A stretch of 64,000 nucleotides of DNA, taken from a virus. The position numbers and the translations under genes were made by a program. The notes under the pieces were generated by a model. It saw nothing but the letters and a program-made list of their open reading frames with translations, had not been told where the DNA came from and did not search any database. The stretch spans positions 3,139 through 67,138 of IMG/VR virus record IMGVR_UViG_3300037508_001008; one strand, 5' to 3'. Below, piece by piece: positions 30,446-41,900 of the stretch. Positions within the stretch are counted from its first letter, which is position 1. Each line of letters starts with the position of its first letter.

Positions 30446-32074
30446 CTACGATAGATATATGTCACCAATGGCACCACCGTTTGGTCTACCGCCACCATAC
30501 TGGATATTTCTTATAAACATAGATTGCAATCCTCCACCTGAACTTGAAGTTCCTGAACCATAACCACCTATAAGTGGGGTTATAATCCTTGAAGAAAACC
30601 ATGCCCAACCACCAGGTGCAATTGCGCTCAAAGAAGATCCAGAACCATTGTATAAAGCTCCACTTAATGCACCACTCCCATTCTGATCTACAATTCCTAT
30701 ATTCCATCCACCTAGTGTGCCCGATGCTGCAGTTATTGTTCCGGTAAAAGATGCTATGCCATCTGATCCTATTGAAACAGTATTGGTACCTGAAGAATTA
30801 TATGCTTTTATTCCTGTTGAATTTATTTGTAATCTTGCTCCACTCGATCCAGTCTGAACATTTACAACACCTAGATTAATTGTTCCAGTAGTAATGACTC
30901 CACCACTAATTGCAGTTACGTTAGAGTTTACTTGTCCGCCAGTAATTAAACTTGTTGCTGCATTGCCGCCAATAGTTAAAGTATTTCCATTCCAACTCAA
31001 TTGATCTTTTAATGAAAATTGACCAGCGTTGTCAACATAAAATGCTGTGTTCGCATTATTAAAAGTTCCTGTTCCAATATACATTTTTGTAGGACTTATA
31101 GTTAGTCCTGCAATTGATCCACCAGTAATTGCATCACCATTATCAAATGTCCCAGGAGTTGTTCCATCTGCAAACTGCAAAGTCCCTCTTATAGATAGAG
31201 CTGTACCATTCCATGAAACAAAATTAGTTGCATTTCCAGTTCTGAACTGTCCGTTGGTGTACCAATAGTTGAATCCTCCAGAGCCCAGTGTCATTCCACC
31301 TGCACCAGAATTGATGGCGCCATTAATATTTAACAGGTTTCCGCCTGAACCCACACTAATACTATCTGCAGCTAAGTTTGCTTGGACCTGAACATCAGAT
31401 CCAATTGTTATACTTTCATTATCGTAAGTAATTCCATTTGGCCCACCTAAACTAAAATGACCATCTCCTCTAATCTGCCAACCTTGTGTACCTGAAGTGT
31501 CTAGATAAGTGGTTGATTGAATAATAGAGTTTGCTCCATTAAGATTGATAGTATGAGCCCCAATTGTACCAGCAGTTAATTTTGAAACGGTTAAAGATCC
31601 AATATACTGATTATCGATTAAAGGTGTATGCGGGTCAGTCTCAGTCAATGGAGTCCATGGACCAACATTTCCTGAAGTATCAATAGCCCTAACTCTACCC
31701 CAATATGGCCATAAACCTTCACCATCTTCTTCTAACCTTAAGTTAGTAACACGTACGGTAAAGACATTGGCGTCTGCAAAACCTGTTAGTGGACCATCCT
31801 CATCAGACATGTCTTCATTTTCATATAATTGATATTCATATCCATCTATATCTAGATTTTCACTGTAATCAAAGACAAACATTACATTCTCTAATCCAGA
31901 ATATATTTTAAGACTTGTTAATGCGTCTGGTATAGTTGAATCTGCTGGAACTTCAAATCTAATCGTATCCGTATAGCCAGATAGCACATTGAGATCTGCG
32001 TTCTTAGATCTTACACTTAATAGATATTGTCTACCCGGTTTTAAGTTTTCTAATTTATTTTTTAATATAACCAT
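30446..32074 (-). CDS. Tail tip/fibre protein with FN3 domains and Gly-rich beta repeats
   Basis: NLKPGRQYLLSVRS, RVRAIDTSGNVGPW, SKLTAGTI, AISGGVITTGTI. Confidence 0.65.
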   Translation of the reverse strand: MVILKNKLENLKPGRQYLLSVRSKNADLNVLSGYTDTIRFEVPADSTIPDALTSLKIYSGLENVMFVFDYSENLDIDGYEYQLYENEDMSDEDGPLTGFADANVFTVRVTNLRLEEDGEGLWPYWGRVRAIDTSGNVGPWTPLTETDPHTPLIDNQYIGSLTVSKLTAGTIGAHTINLNGANSIIQSTTYLDTSGTQGWQIRGDGHFSLGGPNGITYDNESITIGSDVQVQANLAADSISVGSGGNLLNINGAINSGAGGMTLGSGGFNYWYTNGQFRTGNATNFVSWNGTALSIRGTLQFADGTTPGTFDNGDAITGGSIAGLTISPTKMYIGTGTFNNANTAFYVDNAGQFSLKDQLSWNGNTLTIGGNAATSLITGGQVNSNVTAISGGVITTGTINLGVVNVQTGSSGARLQINSTGIKAYNSSGTNTVSIGSDGIASFTGTITAASGTLGGWNIGIVDQNGSGALSGALYNGSGSSLSAIAPGGWAWFSSRIITPLIGGYGSGTSSSGGGLQSMFIRNIQYGGGRPNGGAIGDIYLS

Positions 32075-33021
32075 TATCTAACTCCGCCAAAAACGACAAA
32101 TGAAGTATTTTCTGTTATTTGTTCCGTATCTGTTTCTAAGTATAAATTATATGTAAATGAATATGAATTTATTTTAACTATATTGTTAGATGACAAAATA
32201 TTCTTATCATCTAATACTTGCAATTCTAAATTATAGTCTCTTAATTCTAAATTATTTTTTTGAAATAAAATTTGATTTGATAGGTTATTGCTTGAGTAGC
32301 AATCTATAACTTGCCAGTCTTGAACTAAAGTTGGACCCTCTGAGTTTTGTCCTTGTAGGGAAAAGATTCTTAATTTAAATTTTCCAAAATTAGAACCTTT
32401 ATCACCATAAATATATATATTTGGACCAGTAAATGTTAATGTTAAAAAAGATGAAGAGTTTTTAGAAACTCCATTTTCCCATTCTGAATTAAAAGAAAAG
32501 TTATAGAAAGAATTTGAACTAAGATTTACATCAAAAGATGATAAATCTACTTGCGAATAACTACAATGATATTCACCTAGAGATTCTGTAGTTAATTGGT
32601 ACGATGTTTTACTTCCATTATTTATAGATTTAATATATCTTAAACCTGGAGTTTTATAGTACATTGCGTACTGTTTTACTACATTTACTCCAGATTCGTG
32701 TTGTTCCGCTATTTGAAAATATAATATATTATTATAAATAATACTTTTAACTGGTTTAAAATCATTTTCATTTGTTGTACTTTCATAAACAACTAAGTAA
32801 GAAGATTCATCTACTACATTTTCTAAAGAAGAATTTAAATATTTATTTATTTCCAAATCCTGAACACTAATAAAAGCCCATGTCCCAGATAGTATTGTAT
32901 CTAGGGGTTTAAAATTTTTTATAGCTCTTTTTAGATATGGATATTTATAGTTAATATTTTCAATAGAAGAGTTAGTTATTTCAGAAGATTTTAAATATTT
33001 AAACCAAGTCATATTAATCAA
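32074..33021 (-). CDS. Virion protein with a carbohydrate-binding-like beta sandwich
   Basis: LTFTGPNIYIYGDKGSNFGKF pattern. Confidence 0.45.
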   Translation of the reverse strand: MINMTWFKYLKSSEITNSSIENINYKYPYLKRAIKNFKPLDTILSGTWAFISVQDLEINKYLNSSLENVVDESSYLVVYESTTNENDFKPVKSIIYNNILYFQIAEQHESGVNVVKQYAMYYKTPGLRYIKSINNGSKTSYQLTTESLGEYHCSYSQVDLSSFDVNLSSNSFYNFSFNSEWENGVSKNSSSFLTLTFTGPNIYIYGDKGSNFGKFKLRIFSLQGQNSEGPTLVQDWQVIDCYSSNNLSNQILFQKNNLELRDYNLELQVLDDKNILSSNNIVKINSYSFTYNLYLETDTEQITENTSFVVFGGVR

Positions 33022-34771
33022 TTTCCGTATATATTATTTCATATTCATAGTTTCCAACAGCCAAATCATCAATTTCTATTGAAACAATCACGTCACAAAC
33101 AGGAACTCTCCCATTAATTATATCAGATTGAAATCCATCAATAGTTACAGAAATTGGTTTAATAACAGTCCTAGATGAGCTAGAGTAGGAATTTCTTACT
33201 GTATCATAATCAATATCTGTTGACTTTATACGTTGTGATCCATCTGCTCCATTATGTGCATGGGTGCTGATATCTACGCCATCAATCCTTACCCCATCTA
33301 TAACATCAATATTTCCAATTATTATTCCACCATCTCTTAATAGATATTGTGGATGATCATCATTCAAAAGTCCATGTAATTCAGAATGATTGGATGTAAA
33401 GTTGTTATTTCTATTATCATTAATTATGATTGATTTAAATAATTCACTATATCTATCTTTTGTCACATCTTTTAAAACTTTTTTCTTTTTAACTGCAATA
33501 TTTGCTAGTTGCGCTATATAGTTTGCATACTTTCTTTTTTCGTGGATTAATGTAAAAGCTGCATCTATTCTTCTATTTAAGAGACTGAATCTTTCTATGA
33601 CATCTGCGTGTACTGATGTAAAGTTTCCTTTAATAGAATTTGTTGCAACAATTAATTCTGACACAAGCACAGATTCTCTTGGTAGAAATTTTTCATATAA
33701 ATAATCAAACTCTAATGGGTTAGATATCTGATTAAATACTGTCAACGATGCGTGAATAAATCTTTTATAGAAACTTTCTGCTTGATCAAAAGATTCTCTA
33801 TATGATGTATCAATAAGGTCATTTACTTCTTTATTAATAGCATTTAATCTAATCGCAAAAAAAGCTTGGAATTCAGCGGCTTGTTTTTGAGAGATTTTAT
33901 CCAATTCGGCTGTTGGAATTTCTCCTGAGCTTGATAAGAAGGTTTTCTGAATCCTGCCCGAATAGTGTAGGGCCGTTTTTGCCCACGCTTCATAGTGTAA
34001 TGCGATTTGTTTTTGTGCATCGTTTTCGTAATCCTCTCCAAAATCACTTGCCAATGACTCCCTAATGTATGATAATTCATTTAATAATGTGTTTAATATT
34101 TTTCTAAATTGATATATATATGAGAATGTTTGCTGAGCTATTGCTTCCTCAAATTCATATATAAACTTTCTACATACAGTAGATTTATATCTTTCTGCAA
34201 AAATATATTGATCAAAACATATATAATTTGGAATAGAAGACTTGTATACTAAGTCGTCAACAATTGTTGGAAAATCTTCTAAATTTGTATCATCAATAAT
34301 AGTTGGAAAATCTTCTAGATTATCTTCGTCAGTTGCTCTTTTGCTTTTTTCTGGATCTGAATCAAATATTGGAAGTATTTTATATATTTGATCTTCTTCA
34401 ATAACTGGTATCGAAATATTGTTTGGTTTTTCTGGTAGATTTAAATACTTGCATGCCTCTTGCCATACTTTGAAATGAACTTGCTCTAGATCGCTATCAA
34501 AGTAGGGGTCTACAAAAATTTTTCTTAAAATATTTCTTTCTATATTTAATTTTAATTCAAAAATAGCTAATTCTGTAGAGCTGACACTTTCTCGAACGTA
34601 TGAAAGTGGAATCGAATATACTTCTTGTATAGCTCCAGATGATCCAGTTGGTACTCTTCCAAAAGAGCTGCTGTTATTAGATGCCTCATTTGTTGGTTGA
34701 GTATAAATTGGGTCAGCGAATTTATAATCGCCATACAATTCTTTTGTGTTTATATTTGACATATCAGTCAT
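33014..34771 (-). CDS. Hypothetical virion protein
   Basis: C-terminal HSELHGLLNDDHPQYL and DGVDISTHAH motifs seen in trimeric spike/fibre proteins; short internal DNLEDFPTI.DD duplication. Confidence 0.5.
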   Translation of the reverse strand: MTDMSNINTKELYGDYKFADPIYTQPTNEASNNSSSFGRVPTGSSGAIQEVYSIPLSYVRESVSSTELAIFELKLNIERNILRKIFVDPYFDSDLEQVHFKVWQEACKYLNLPEKPNNISIPVIEEDQIYKILPIFDSDPEKSKRATDEDNLEDFPTIIDDTNLEDFPTIVDDLVYKSSIPNYICFDQYIFAERYKSTVCRKFIYEFEEAIAQQTFSYIYQFRKILNTLLNELSYIRESLASDFGEDYENDAQKQIALHYEAWAKTALHYSGRIQKTFLSSSGEIPTAELDKISQKQAAEFQAFFAIRLNAINKEVNDLIDTSYRESFDQAESFYKRFIHASLTVFNQISNPLEFDYLYEKFLPRESVLVSELIVATNSIKGNFTSVHADVIERFSLLNRRIDAAFTLIHEKRKYANYIAQLANIAVKKKKVLKDVTKDRYSELFKSIIINDNRNNNFTSNHSELHGLLNDDHPQYLLRDGGIIIGNIDVIDGVRIDGVDISTHAHNGADGSQRIKSTDIDYDTVRNSYSSSSRTVIKPISVTIDGFQSDIINGRVPVCDVIVSIEIDDLAVGNYEYEIIYTEID

Positions 34772-34779
34772 AGTAATCC

Positions 34780-36633
34780 TTAAAACATCCTGCGATTAAT
34801 ACTATTAGTACTAGATTTTTTGGCAGATCTTCTACTACTCATAGCAGCTACTCTACCAGATAGATATGATTTTGAAGATTCTTCATCTTCTTTACTATTT
34901 TTTGGTATAAAGAAATCATTAGAAAATGTTTCTACTTTTGTAACAGAGCTTATCTTGGCAAACTCTCCATAATTTTGAGTTATTGCTAATAAAGCTAGCA
35001 TTAGTGCGTCGTGTGCGTGATCGACAGCTGAACCACCAGCCTCAAATACTGGTCTTCCAGTAGAGGTCATTCTTATAACTACATATGATATTAATTGTAG
35101 ATACATTTCTTCATCATGTTCAGAAAAAAGTACTTGTTCTCTTTCAAGAAATTGTCTAAGATTGTCAACCATATATGGTTTTATTTCTTTTTTAATCATT
35201 AACTTTGTATAAGGATCTCTTACCTCTATGCTTTCACCAAAGCCAATTCCTTTTACTCTTTCTTTAAGTTTTGAAGAAGGATTTTCTACTCCATGCTTAC
35301 GTAAAAGTTCTACTTGAACTTCTCCATAACCTCTGTCAACATAAATATGCTTAGGATTAAATATTTGATTTAATTCAATAATTCTATCTACTGCTTTAGT
35401 CAAAGTGTATTCAGATTTATCTATTTCCTCACGATAACAAAGTCTTACTTTATCTCTAAATCTTTCATCTTCATAATTATCTGAACAAACTTCAAGAACA
35501 ACTATATTTGTTCCCGCTCCATATTTATCCCAGTCAACACCTATTGTATGAAAAGATCTTGCTGAAGTTAATTCTGGAGAGTATGTCCAAGATGGAGATA
35601 TAAAAGCTTTATCAATAAATTTTCTTGGATATACGCCTTCAGAATCTTCTCCCCAATCTGCCTCAATTTCATGTCTATAGCCAGAACTTGAATACTGCTC
35701 CCTAAATTCTTCTTCTTGCTCTTTACTAAAGAATGGATTACAGTATGATGGAAACCAAAACTCTTTAAATCTTTTACTATTGCACCATTCCCAAAATCTT
35801 TCTCTTCTGCCTGTTGGCGTAGACGCTCCAATCAAAACCTTATCCGGTTGATCTTCAGCGGTTTTTTGCAACATTGCATAAAGGGCATCTAGGTCATCTG
35901 CGTGCATGTAGTCCATTTCGTCAAGAATAATTAAATGAGCTTCTTGACCACGAGCTACGTCTGACTTGCCACCACTTCGCATTCCTGAAGTGAAGAATCT
36001 AATAGTTGATCCATTAGTAAATTGAATCATAAACTGTGGACTGGTAATTTTTCTAGTTATAGAATTCATAACGACTTCATTTTTAGAAGCTATTCTTAGT
36101 ATCTCTTGATAAATTAATTCTACTTGGGTTTTCATTGGCGCAATAACTAATGATCTACCATCTTTTCTAGTGTAACTATAATGCAGCAGCTGAACTGCTA
36201 GACTAAATGTTTTACCTAGACGACGACCAGCTCTTAGAACTTTTCTTAATGATGGATCACGTAAAATTAATATTTGATATACTCTTAAATCAGCTTGTAA
36301 AAATTGTTTAGCCCAAACAACTACATCTTTGGCAATATGAAGCTGTCTTTGTTGTTCTGCGCCAATTCCAGCAGCAAGAAGGTCTTGATCTATTTCAAAT
36401 GGTTCATCAACTAAAAGTGCTAATTCTTTATTAGACATTTTCCTTTCTATAACTGGTGTTCCATCGTTCCAGTTAAGATGAGAAAGTTTATTTTCAAAAA
36501 CCCATTCAATTCTATTTATTTGTTTAATTAGATCTGGATCTTGGGCGCGAATTATCTCTAAAAGATCTTCTCTCGGAAGGACTTCCAGTGCTTTTCTAAA
36601 TTCTTGAGTTCTACTATAAATTCCCATAATCAC
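34780..36633 (-). CDS. Terminase large subunit
   Basis: Walker A AGRRLGKT, Walker B LIILDE, motif III ASTP, nuclease GVDWD..VDRG..DHAHDA. Confidence 0.92.
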   Translation of the reverse strand: MIMGIYSRTQEFRKALEVLPREDLLEIIRAQDPDLIKQINRIEWVFENKLSHLNWNDGTPVIERKMSNKELALLVDEPFEIDQDLLAAGIGAEQQRQLHIAKDVVVWAKQFLQADLRVYQILILRDPSLRKVLRAGRRLGKTFSLAVQLLHYSYTRKDGRSLVIAPMKTQVELIYQEILRIASKNEVVMNSITRKITSPQFMIQFTNGSTIRFFTSGMRSGGKSDVARGQEAHLIILDEMDYMHADDLDALYAMLQKTAEDQPDKVLIGASTPTGRRERFWEWCNSKRFKEFWFPSYCNPFFSKEQEEEFREQYSSSGYRHEIEADWGEDSEGVYPRKFIDKAFISPSWTYSPELTSARSFHTIGVDWDKYGAGTNIVVLEVCSDNYEDERFRDKVRLCYREEIDKSEYTLTKAVDRIIELNQIFNPKHIYVDRGYGEVQVELLRKHGVENPSSKLKERVKGIGFGESIEVRDPYTKLMIKKEIKPYMVDNLRQFLEREQVLFSEHDEEMYLQLISYVVIRMTSTGRPVFEAGGSAVDHAHDALMLALLAITQNYGEFAKISSVTKVETFSNDFFIPKNSKEDEESSKSYLSGRVAAMSSRRSAKKSSTNSINRRMF

Positions 36634-38315
36634 CCATAGTGTGCTGCCATCATTGCAGCTTCTGATCCTAGCATACTTCTTGCATTCAGTCTAGAGTTTT
36701 GGATTGCCATGACACCTCTTGCCCTAGAGGTTGCTGCAGCTTCAGTATCTCTGTATCCCATTCCAAATAATGGTTTATTTATGCTACCCTGCAGAGATTT
36801 ATTAGCGTCTTTTGCTAAATTAATTCCACTCTTTATTACTTCACCAGCCACCTGACCTAAGTCGTAAACTAGAGAAGCCATCATAACAAGGTTTATGCCA
36901 GGTAGTGCCATACCTAAAGCCCTCGCGCCCAATACCTTTGCGCCTGCTTTAGTTTTAGCTGCTTGCATAACGCCTTTTTTACCTAATGTTTTAAAAACAC
37001 CTTTTTCTAGAGCTACTTCCGCTGCTTCAGCTCCAGCTTTTGAACCAACTTTAATACCAGCCTGTTCTAGTCCGGCACCGAATGTGTGAATAGCAGCTTG
37101 AGATCCAGCTAAGGCTTCACCAAACAAACCTTTTACTAATGCTCCCTCAGCAACTGCTGCCTGATAGCCTACCCTATTAAGTACTGCTCCACTAGCATCT
37201 CTCATAAGCATAGATTTACCTAGAGCTCCGCGGAAATATCCTGCAGCATACCTTGTTCCAGCACCAGCCATTGATGATGCCATCATATTGCCTCTTATGC
37301 CAACTTGGTCTGCTGCCCCTCCACCAATCATCATTCTACTAGCGGCAGCTTCGTTATACGCACTTCCCATTGGAGTTACTCTAAATTTATTTTGATCAAA
37401 ATATGCCTGTGCGCCGAGGCCGCCTCTTTCCAAGTTCGTCATATTTAATGCTTGGTTATATGTCAGACCGGAGGTTCCCCCATATGAAATTCTACTTGCG
37501 TGAAACGCTGGATTATTTATCTGAGATAAAGATTCAATAGTCTTATCCATTGTTGCTAATTTTCTCATTGCTCTCTTACTACCTTTAAGAGCCTTTGTTT
37601 CCAATACATCTGCCTTTCTTCCAGCAGAAATAAATGACATTAAGCCTGGACCAAATATTGACTGATTTGAAGCTAATATAGATTCTGGAGTAGTGCCCTT
37701 AACTAATTGATCAAGACCAAATCTTTTAGTAAAAAATGTTTTTGCTCTTTCTGTCCTACCTACCATGGTAGCTAATGCAAATGGACTATATGCTCCAGCA
37801 CTTTGATCTGCAAAGGCAGAAGCTGAATGATATCTACCTAATGCTTTAGGGTTAGCTGTTAAATAGTTTACTCGTGTACCACGAAATTGAAAATTGCTTG
37901 AACCGGTTAAACTTCCTCCAAAGCCACCAACTGCAGCTGCAGCAGATTTAGCTTCAGCTCTTCTCATTAACCTTGTATTCTGAGTTGATCTTCTAAGTAG
38001 ACCTCTCTTTTGATTATATCCACCTACGTAGTTTCCTGCTGATGGTGCAACTAGTTGTGAAGAACTATCAAAAACTCTGAATTTACTTTGCAGTCTTGCA
38101 GCACGTCTACCAGCCCTTCCTCCAACGTTAGGGTCAAGAAAATCATATCTTCCACCCTTAATCAGAGTATTTGCACCGCGATAATTCATATATCCAGCAG
38201 CGCCTATTATGCCTGGACTTTGATCCACCATTCTAGAAGCTAGTGCAACATCTCTGTCTTCTATTCCAGCTACTCCTGTTGTAGCTTGAAATATATCTGA
38301 TCTCAATTCAGCCAT
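36630..38315 (-). CDS. Basic Gly/Ala-rich putative internal or ejection protein
   Basis: Composition, hydrophobic segment near the C-terminus, and position in the virion operon. Confidence 0.45.
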   Translation of the reverse strand: MAELRSDIFQATTGVAGIEDRDVALASRMVDQSPGIIGAAGYMNYRGANTLIKGGRYDFLDPNVGGRAGRRAARLQSKFRVFDSSSQLVAPSAGNYVGGYNQKRGLLRRSTQNTRLMRRAEAKSAAAAVGGFGGSLTGSSNFQFRGTRVNYLTANPKALGRYHSASAFADQSAGAYSPFALATMVGRTERAKTFFTKRFGLDQLVKGTTPESILASNQSIFGPGLMSFISAGRKADVLETKALKGSKRAMRKLATMDKTIESLSQINNPAFHASRISYGGTSGLTYNQALNMTNLERGGLGAQAYFDQNKFRVTPMGSAYNEAAASRMMIGGGAADQVGIRGNMMASSMAGAGTRYAAGYFRGALGKSMLMRDASGAVLNRVGYQAAVAEGALVKGLFGEALAGSQAAIHTFGAGLEQAGIKVGSKAGAEAAEVALEKGVFKTLGKKGVMQAAKTKAGAKVLGARALGMALPGINLVMMASLVYDLGQVAGEVIKSGINLAKDANKSLQGSINKPLFGMGYRDTEAAATSRARGVMAIQNSRLNARSMLGSEAAMMAAHYG

Positions 38316-38935
38316 TAGTATCCTCTTCTTGAATTATGCATTCCTAGCACTATGTCGCCAGTTGCATTTAATGCTGATGCCTGTGTATTACCTAGGGGAG
38401 AATATGGTGACTGACTAAAAAACTCTCTGTTTTGTCTCATGTAACCTAATGGTGCTGCTGCAGCAGAAGATCCACCAGCTATGCCTCCAGCTAACATGCC
38501 TAATGTTGCACCTAAAGCTCCACCTTTAAATCCCTTTTTAGCACCACCTATTGCTCCACCCAAAAGCGCTCCAGTTAGAGAACCGCCAATACCAGATGCC
38601 ATTGGACTTGGAGCTACTGGATTAATCATATAATTTTGTAAAGGATCAGTACTTTGAATTGCACTACCAAGAATTCCTCCAGTAGCTTGTCCAACTAAAG
38701 TCCTTGCAGATAAATCCATTCCTGTAAAATATCTATCTGCATTTTCGTCGCCAAATGCGCCTTCCATTGCAAAATCCACGGCTTCAGGCCCTGCTGCATT
38801 TGCCATGCCTAGTACTCCAGCGCCTATCATTACTGCAGCTGCTCCTGTAGTGCTGTTTCCAAAATTAGCTGCTCTCCTACCCATAAACTGTCCGGTAGAT
38901 TTAATTGCTTTTTTTCCATACTTTAACAGTGGCAT
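38315..38935 (-). CDS. Gly-zipper membrane-like putative ejection protein
   Basis: GxxxG runs (GSLTGALLGGAIGG, GALGATLGMLAGG). Confidence 0.5.
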   Translation of the reverse strand: MPLLKYGKKAIKSTGQFMGRRAANFGNSTTGAAAVMIGAGVLGMANAAGPEAVDFAMEGAFGDENADRYFTGMDLSARTLVGQATGGILGSAIQSTDPLQNYMINPVAPSPMASGIGGSLTGALLGGAIGGAKKGFKGGALGATLGMLAGGIAGGSSAAAAPLGYMRQNREFFSQSPYSPLGNTQASALNATGDIVLGMHNSRRGY

Positions 38936-41900
38936 TACATGGCTCCTCTAAATAGGTGATTGTCTTTTCTTGATCCCATTCTTGTGTGTCCTATTTTTGC
39001 TCTATCTAAATTTCCAACAACTCCAGCTGTTGATAATGGATCTCTTCGAAGTGAGTTTAAACTCATTTTTGGTGGCGCCATTTTTGATTCCATATTTGAA
39101 TCATATTGACGAGCAGCCTCTGTTGGTTGAGATTGAAGAGTTTCGTCGTATAATTGTCTTTCTCTATGCTTCTTAGATATATAGTAACCAATTCCAGTTA
39201 ATGCTAATCCAGCTAAAGCTATACCAACTTTTGGTTTGTGAAAATTATAAAAGTCAAGCATTTTATTTGCTTCTTTTCCGGCTTTTGCTCGGTTTAATCT
39301 TCCAATTAAAAGTCTTTTATTGCCCGGAGACTCATTTATTTTTTCCGTTAAAATATTAGCTACTTGTATGGCGTTAGATGTTTGTTTGCCATTTGGATCT
39401 GTCACTACTCGAGTAGCCTGTGCTGCTGCCGTCTTTGCAGAATCAACTGCACTAGTAGTTTTCTTACTTACTTGAGGTCCTACTGCAAAAAAGTCTTCTT
39501 GAAGTCCAGATTTTAGTACTGTGCCTTTTCTTTCTTGTAAGAATACGTCGGTTCCGGTTTCCATTCCAGTTCTTTGTAATCCTGCCTCTAGAGCTTGTGC
39601 TGCTTCTCCCCTGGCGCCGCCAATAATTAACCCCCCACCTTCATCAAGAAGTGATCTTTCTATTGCCTCAAGAGCTTCTTGTTTTTTTATTCCACCTTCA
39701 CTAGCTATTCTTGATAGACCAGTTACCTGAGTTCTTACTGACTGATCAAGATCTTGCAAATCTTTATCCATTATGGACGCAACTTCGTCTCCATCTGACA
39801 TAATATTAAATATTTCTTCTGCCAATCTTTTAGAACCATCTTTACCTAATTGACTATTAGCATCCCATACTACGTTCGCGACTAGGCCATTTTTTTGTGT
39901 ATCGGCAAAAGATAAACTGACTTCCATTCCATCTGTAGTTATACCCATAGCAGAACTTACCCTTTCTAGAGCTTGTTCTGCTATTAATTTTGGTAGTTGC
40001 ATCTTTGATATATTAGTTTCTTCTACACCAAAGTCTAATATTCTTGCAGTTTGAGAAGCTTCATAAACCTGAATACCAAGAGCAGAAGTTAATTTTGGCG
40101 TAGCCGTAAAAGCGATGTCTGACAATTCGTATCCCGCTCTAGCTCCAGCAATGTTCGCAGCTTTTGCTATACCAGTAGTTGCTTCTGCAGCAACGCTTGA
40201 AAATACTCTATCAGTCATTGACATATATGCGAATGGATCGCCTATTGCAGCAAAGTTTTTAGCTATTCCTTTAGCTACGTCTAATCCATAATTAGCCATT
40301 CCGGCTTCAAATGGAGAGCCTAAGACATCTTGACCAGCTGCATAGCGCATTTGATCTACAGGATCTAGACCAGAACCTAACTCTTTAAATACACTAGAAA
40401 ATGCATCTATTATCTGCATGTCCGTTGCCTTAGTTGCCTTACCAATTTTTAATGCACCGATGTGTTCAAGTTCATTTACCGCTGAAGCTTGAGAATAATT
40501 CCATCCTGTACCAATTATGGATGACGCTTCTAAATTAATTTTCTGTACTACGCCACCAATATTTATTGGTGTTACTGCGCCTTGATCTCCAGATCTAGCC
40601 ATTCTTAATACATCTTCAATCATAGAAGAAGCTTCTGAATCTCCAACTTTTGTAAATGTGAATTGATTAGCTGCTTGTTGTCCAGTTTGATTGATATTAT
40701 TTAAGAGATAATATCCCTCACCTTGGAATTTTTGAGAAGGCATCATTGTAGTTTCAAGATCTGTAGGTTGTGATATGTATGAAAGTATGCCTGGACCAAC
40801 TTTGCCAGAATATTTATTTGCTAGCTGATCGCTAATGCTAAGTGTAACTTTTTTTGGATCAACATTTTTAAAGACAGTATCAGACATATGCTGTACATCA
40901 GCGATTGTTGTTGTTGGGGTAATTGCTTGAGACTGAAATATTTTAGCTCTAGCAAATCTACCAAAATCATTAATAGGCTCTTGGGCTAATTGAGATATTT
41001 TTAATTTATCTTCATGTATATATTTAGCTATATATGACTGCAGTAATGTGTCAACTTTTGCTACGTGAGAACCTTTTTGAATATCCTTGAATAATTCAGC
41101 TGCTTTTCCTTCATTTTCTATTAATTCAAATAAATTTGTATTTAATGCGATATTTTCTACGCTAGCGTATGCAGCTGATCCACCCTTATGTACTGTGGAT
41201 AAAATCTCTTGCGAGTATAAAGATGTAACATATTGATTTGATTTCTGTATTACATTTGTAGCTGTAGAACTTTGTATTATCTGTTCTACTTGATTCTGCA
41301 GATAGCTTCTTGCTTCACCTAATGTATCGACTAAATAGTTTCCTTTATCTATTTTTCTATACAATTGATTAAGTGCAGATTGAACACCTTTGTGTGATCC
41401 AAAGGCACTTTGTGCCTCTATTGTCTCTGTCATTTTTGTTATGTCGAATGATGCGTTATGTGCGACTAGCCTGTCTGCAGACAATAGCTCTTGTATGAAT
41501 TTTTCTGCTTCATCTAAAAATTTTTTTCCACCATCAGCCATATCAATAGATGTTTTTCCATCATTTTCTATTTGTGCTAAAAATTTATTCATACTTACTA
41601 GACCGTTATTAGTGTCAGATACAGTCATACCTGATAACTGTTTTGATGCCATAAATAAGTTTCTAGTTTGACTAGAGTCTGGCGCAACTAATTTACCACT
41701 TGCGTCTACTGTCATCATAGAGGCTGACATTGATCTAACTTGAGATCCTTCAAAAACTCCAGTTGTTTCAACGTCAAAAGTAATTATTTTTTGACCAGCT
41801 GAAAGGGATCCAAAAATATTTCCTGATGGTTTTTGTGCAGATTCTTCAAACATTCTTTTTAGGGTTTTATGAGTTAGAATATTTGATCTAGAAATATTAA

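Noticed and set aside
17747-32074. Diversity-generating retroelement acting on the fibre genes
   Set aside because: No reverse transcriptase and no template/variable repeat pair with adenine-specific mismatches noticed
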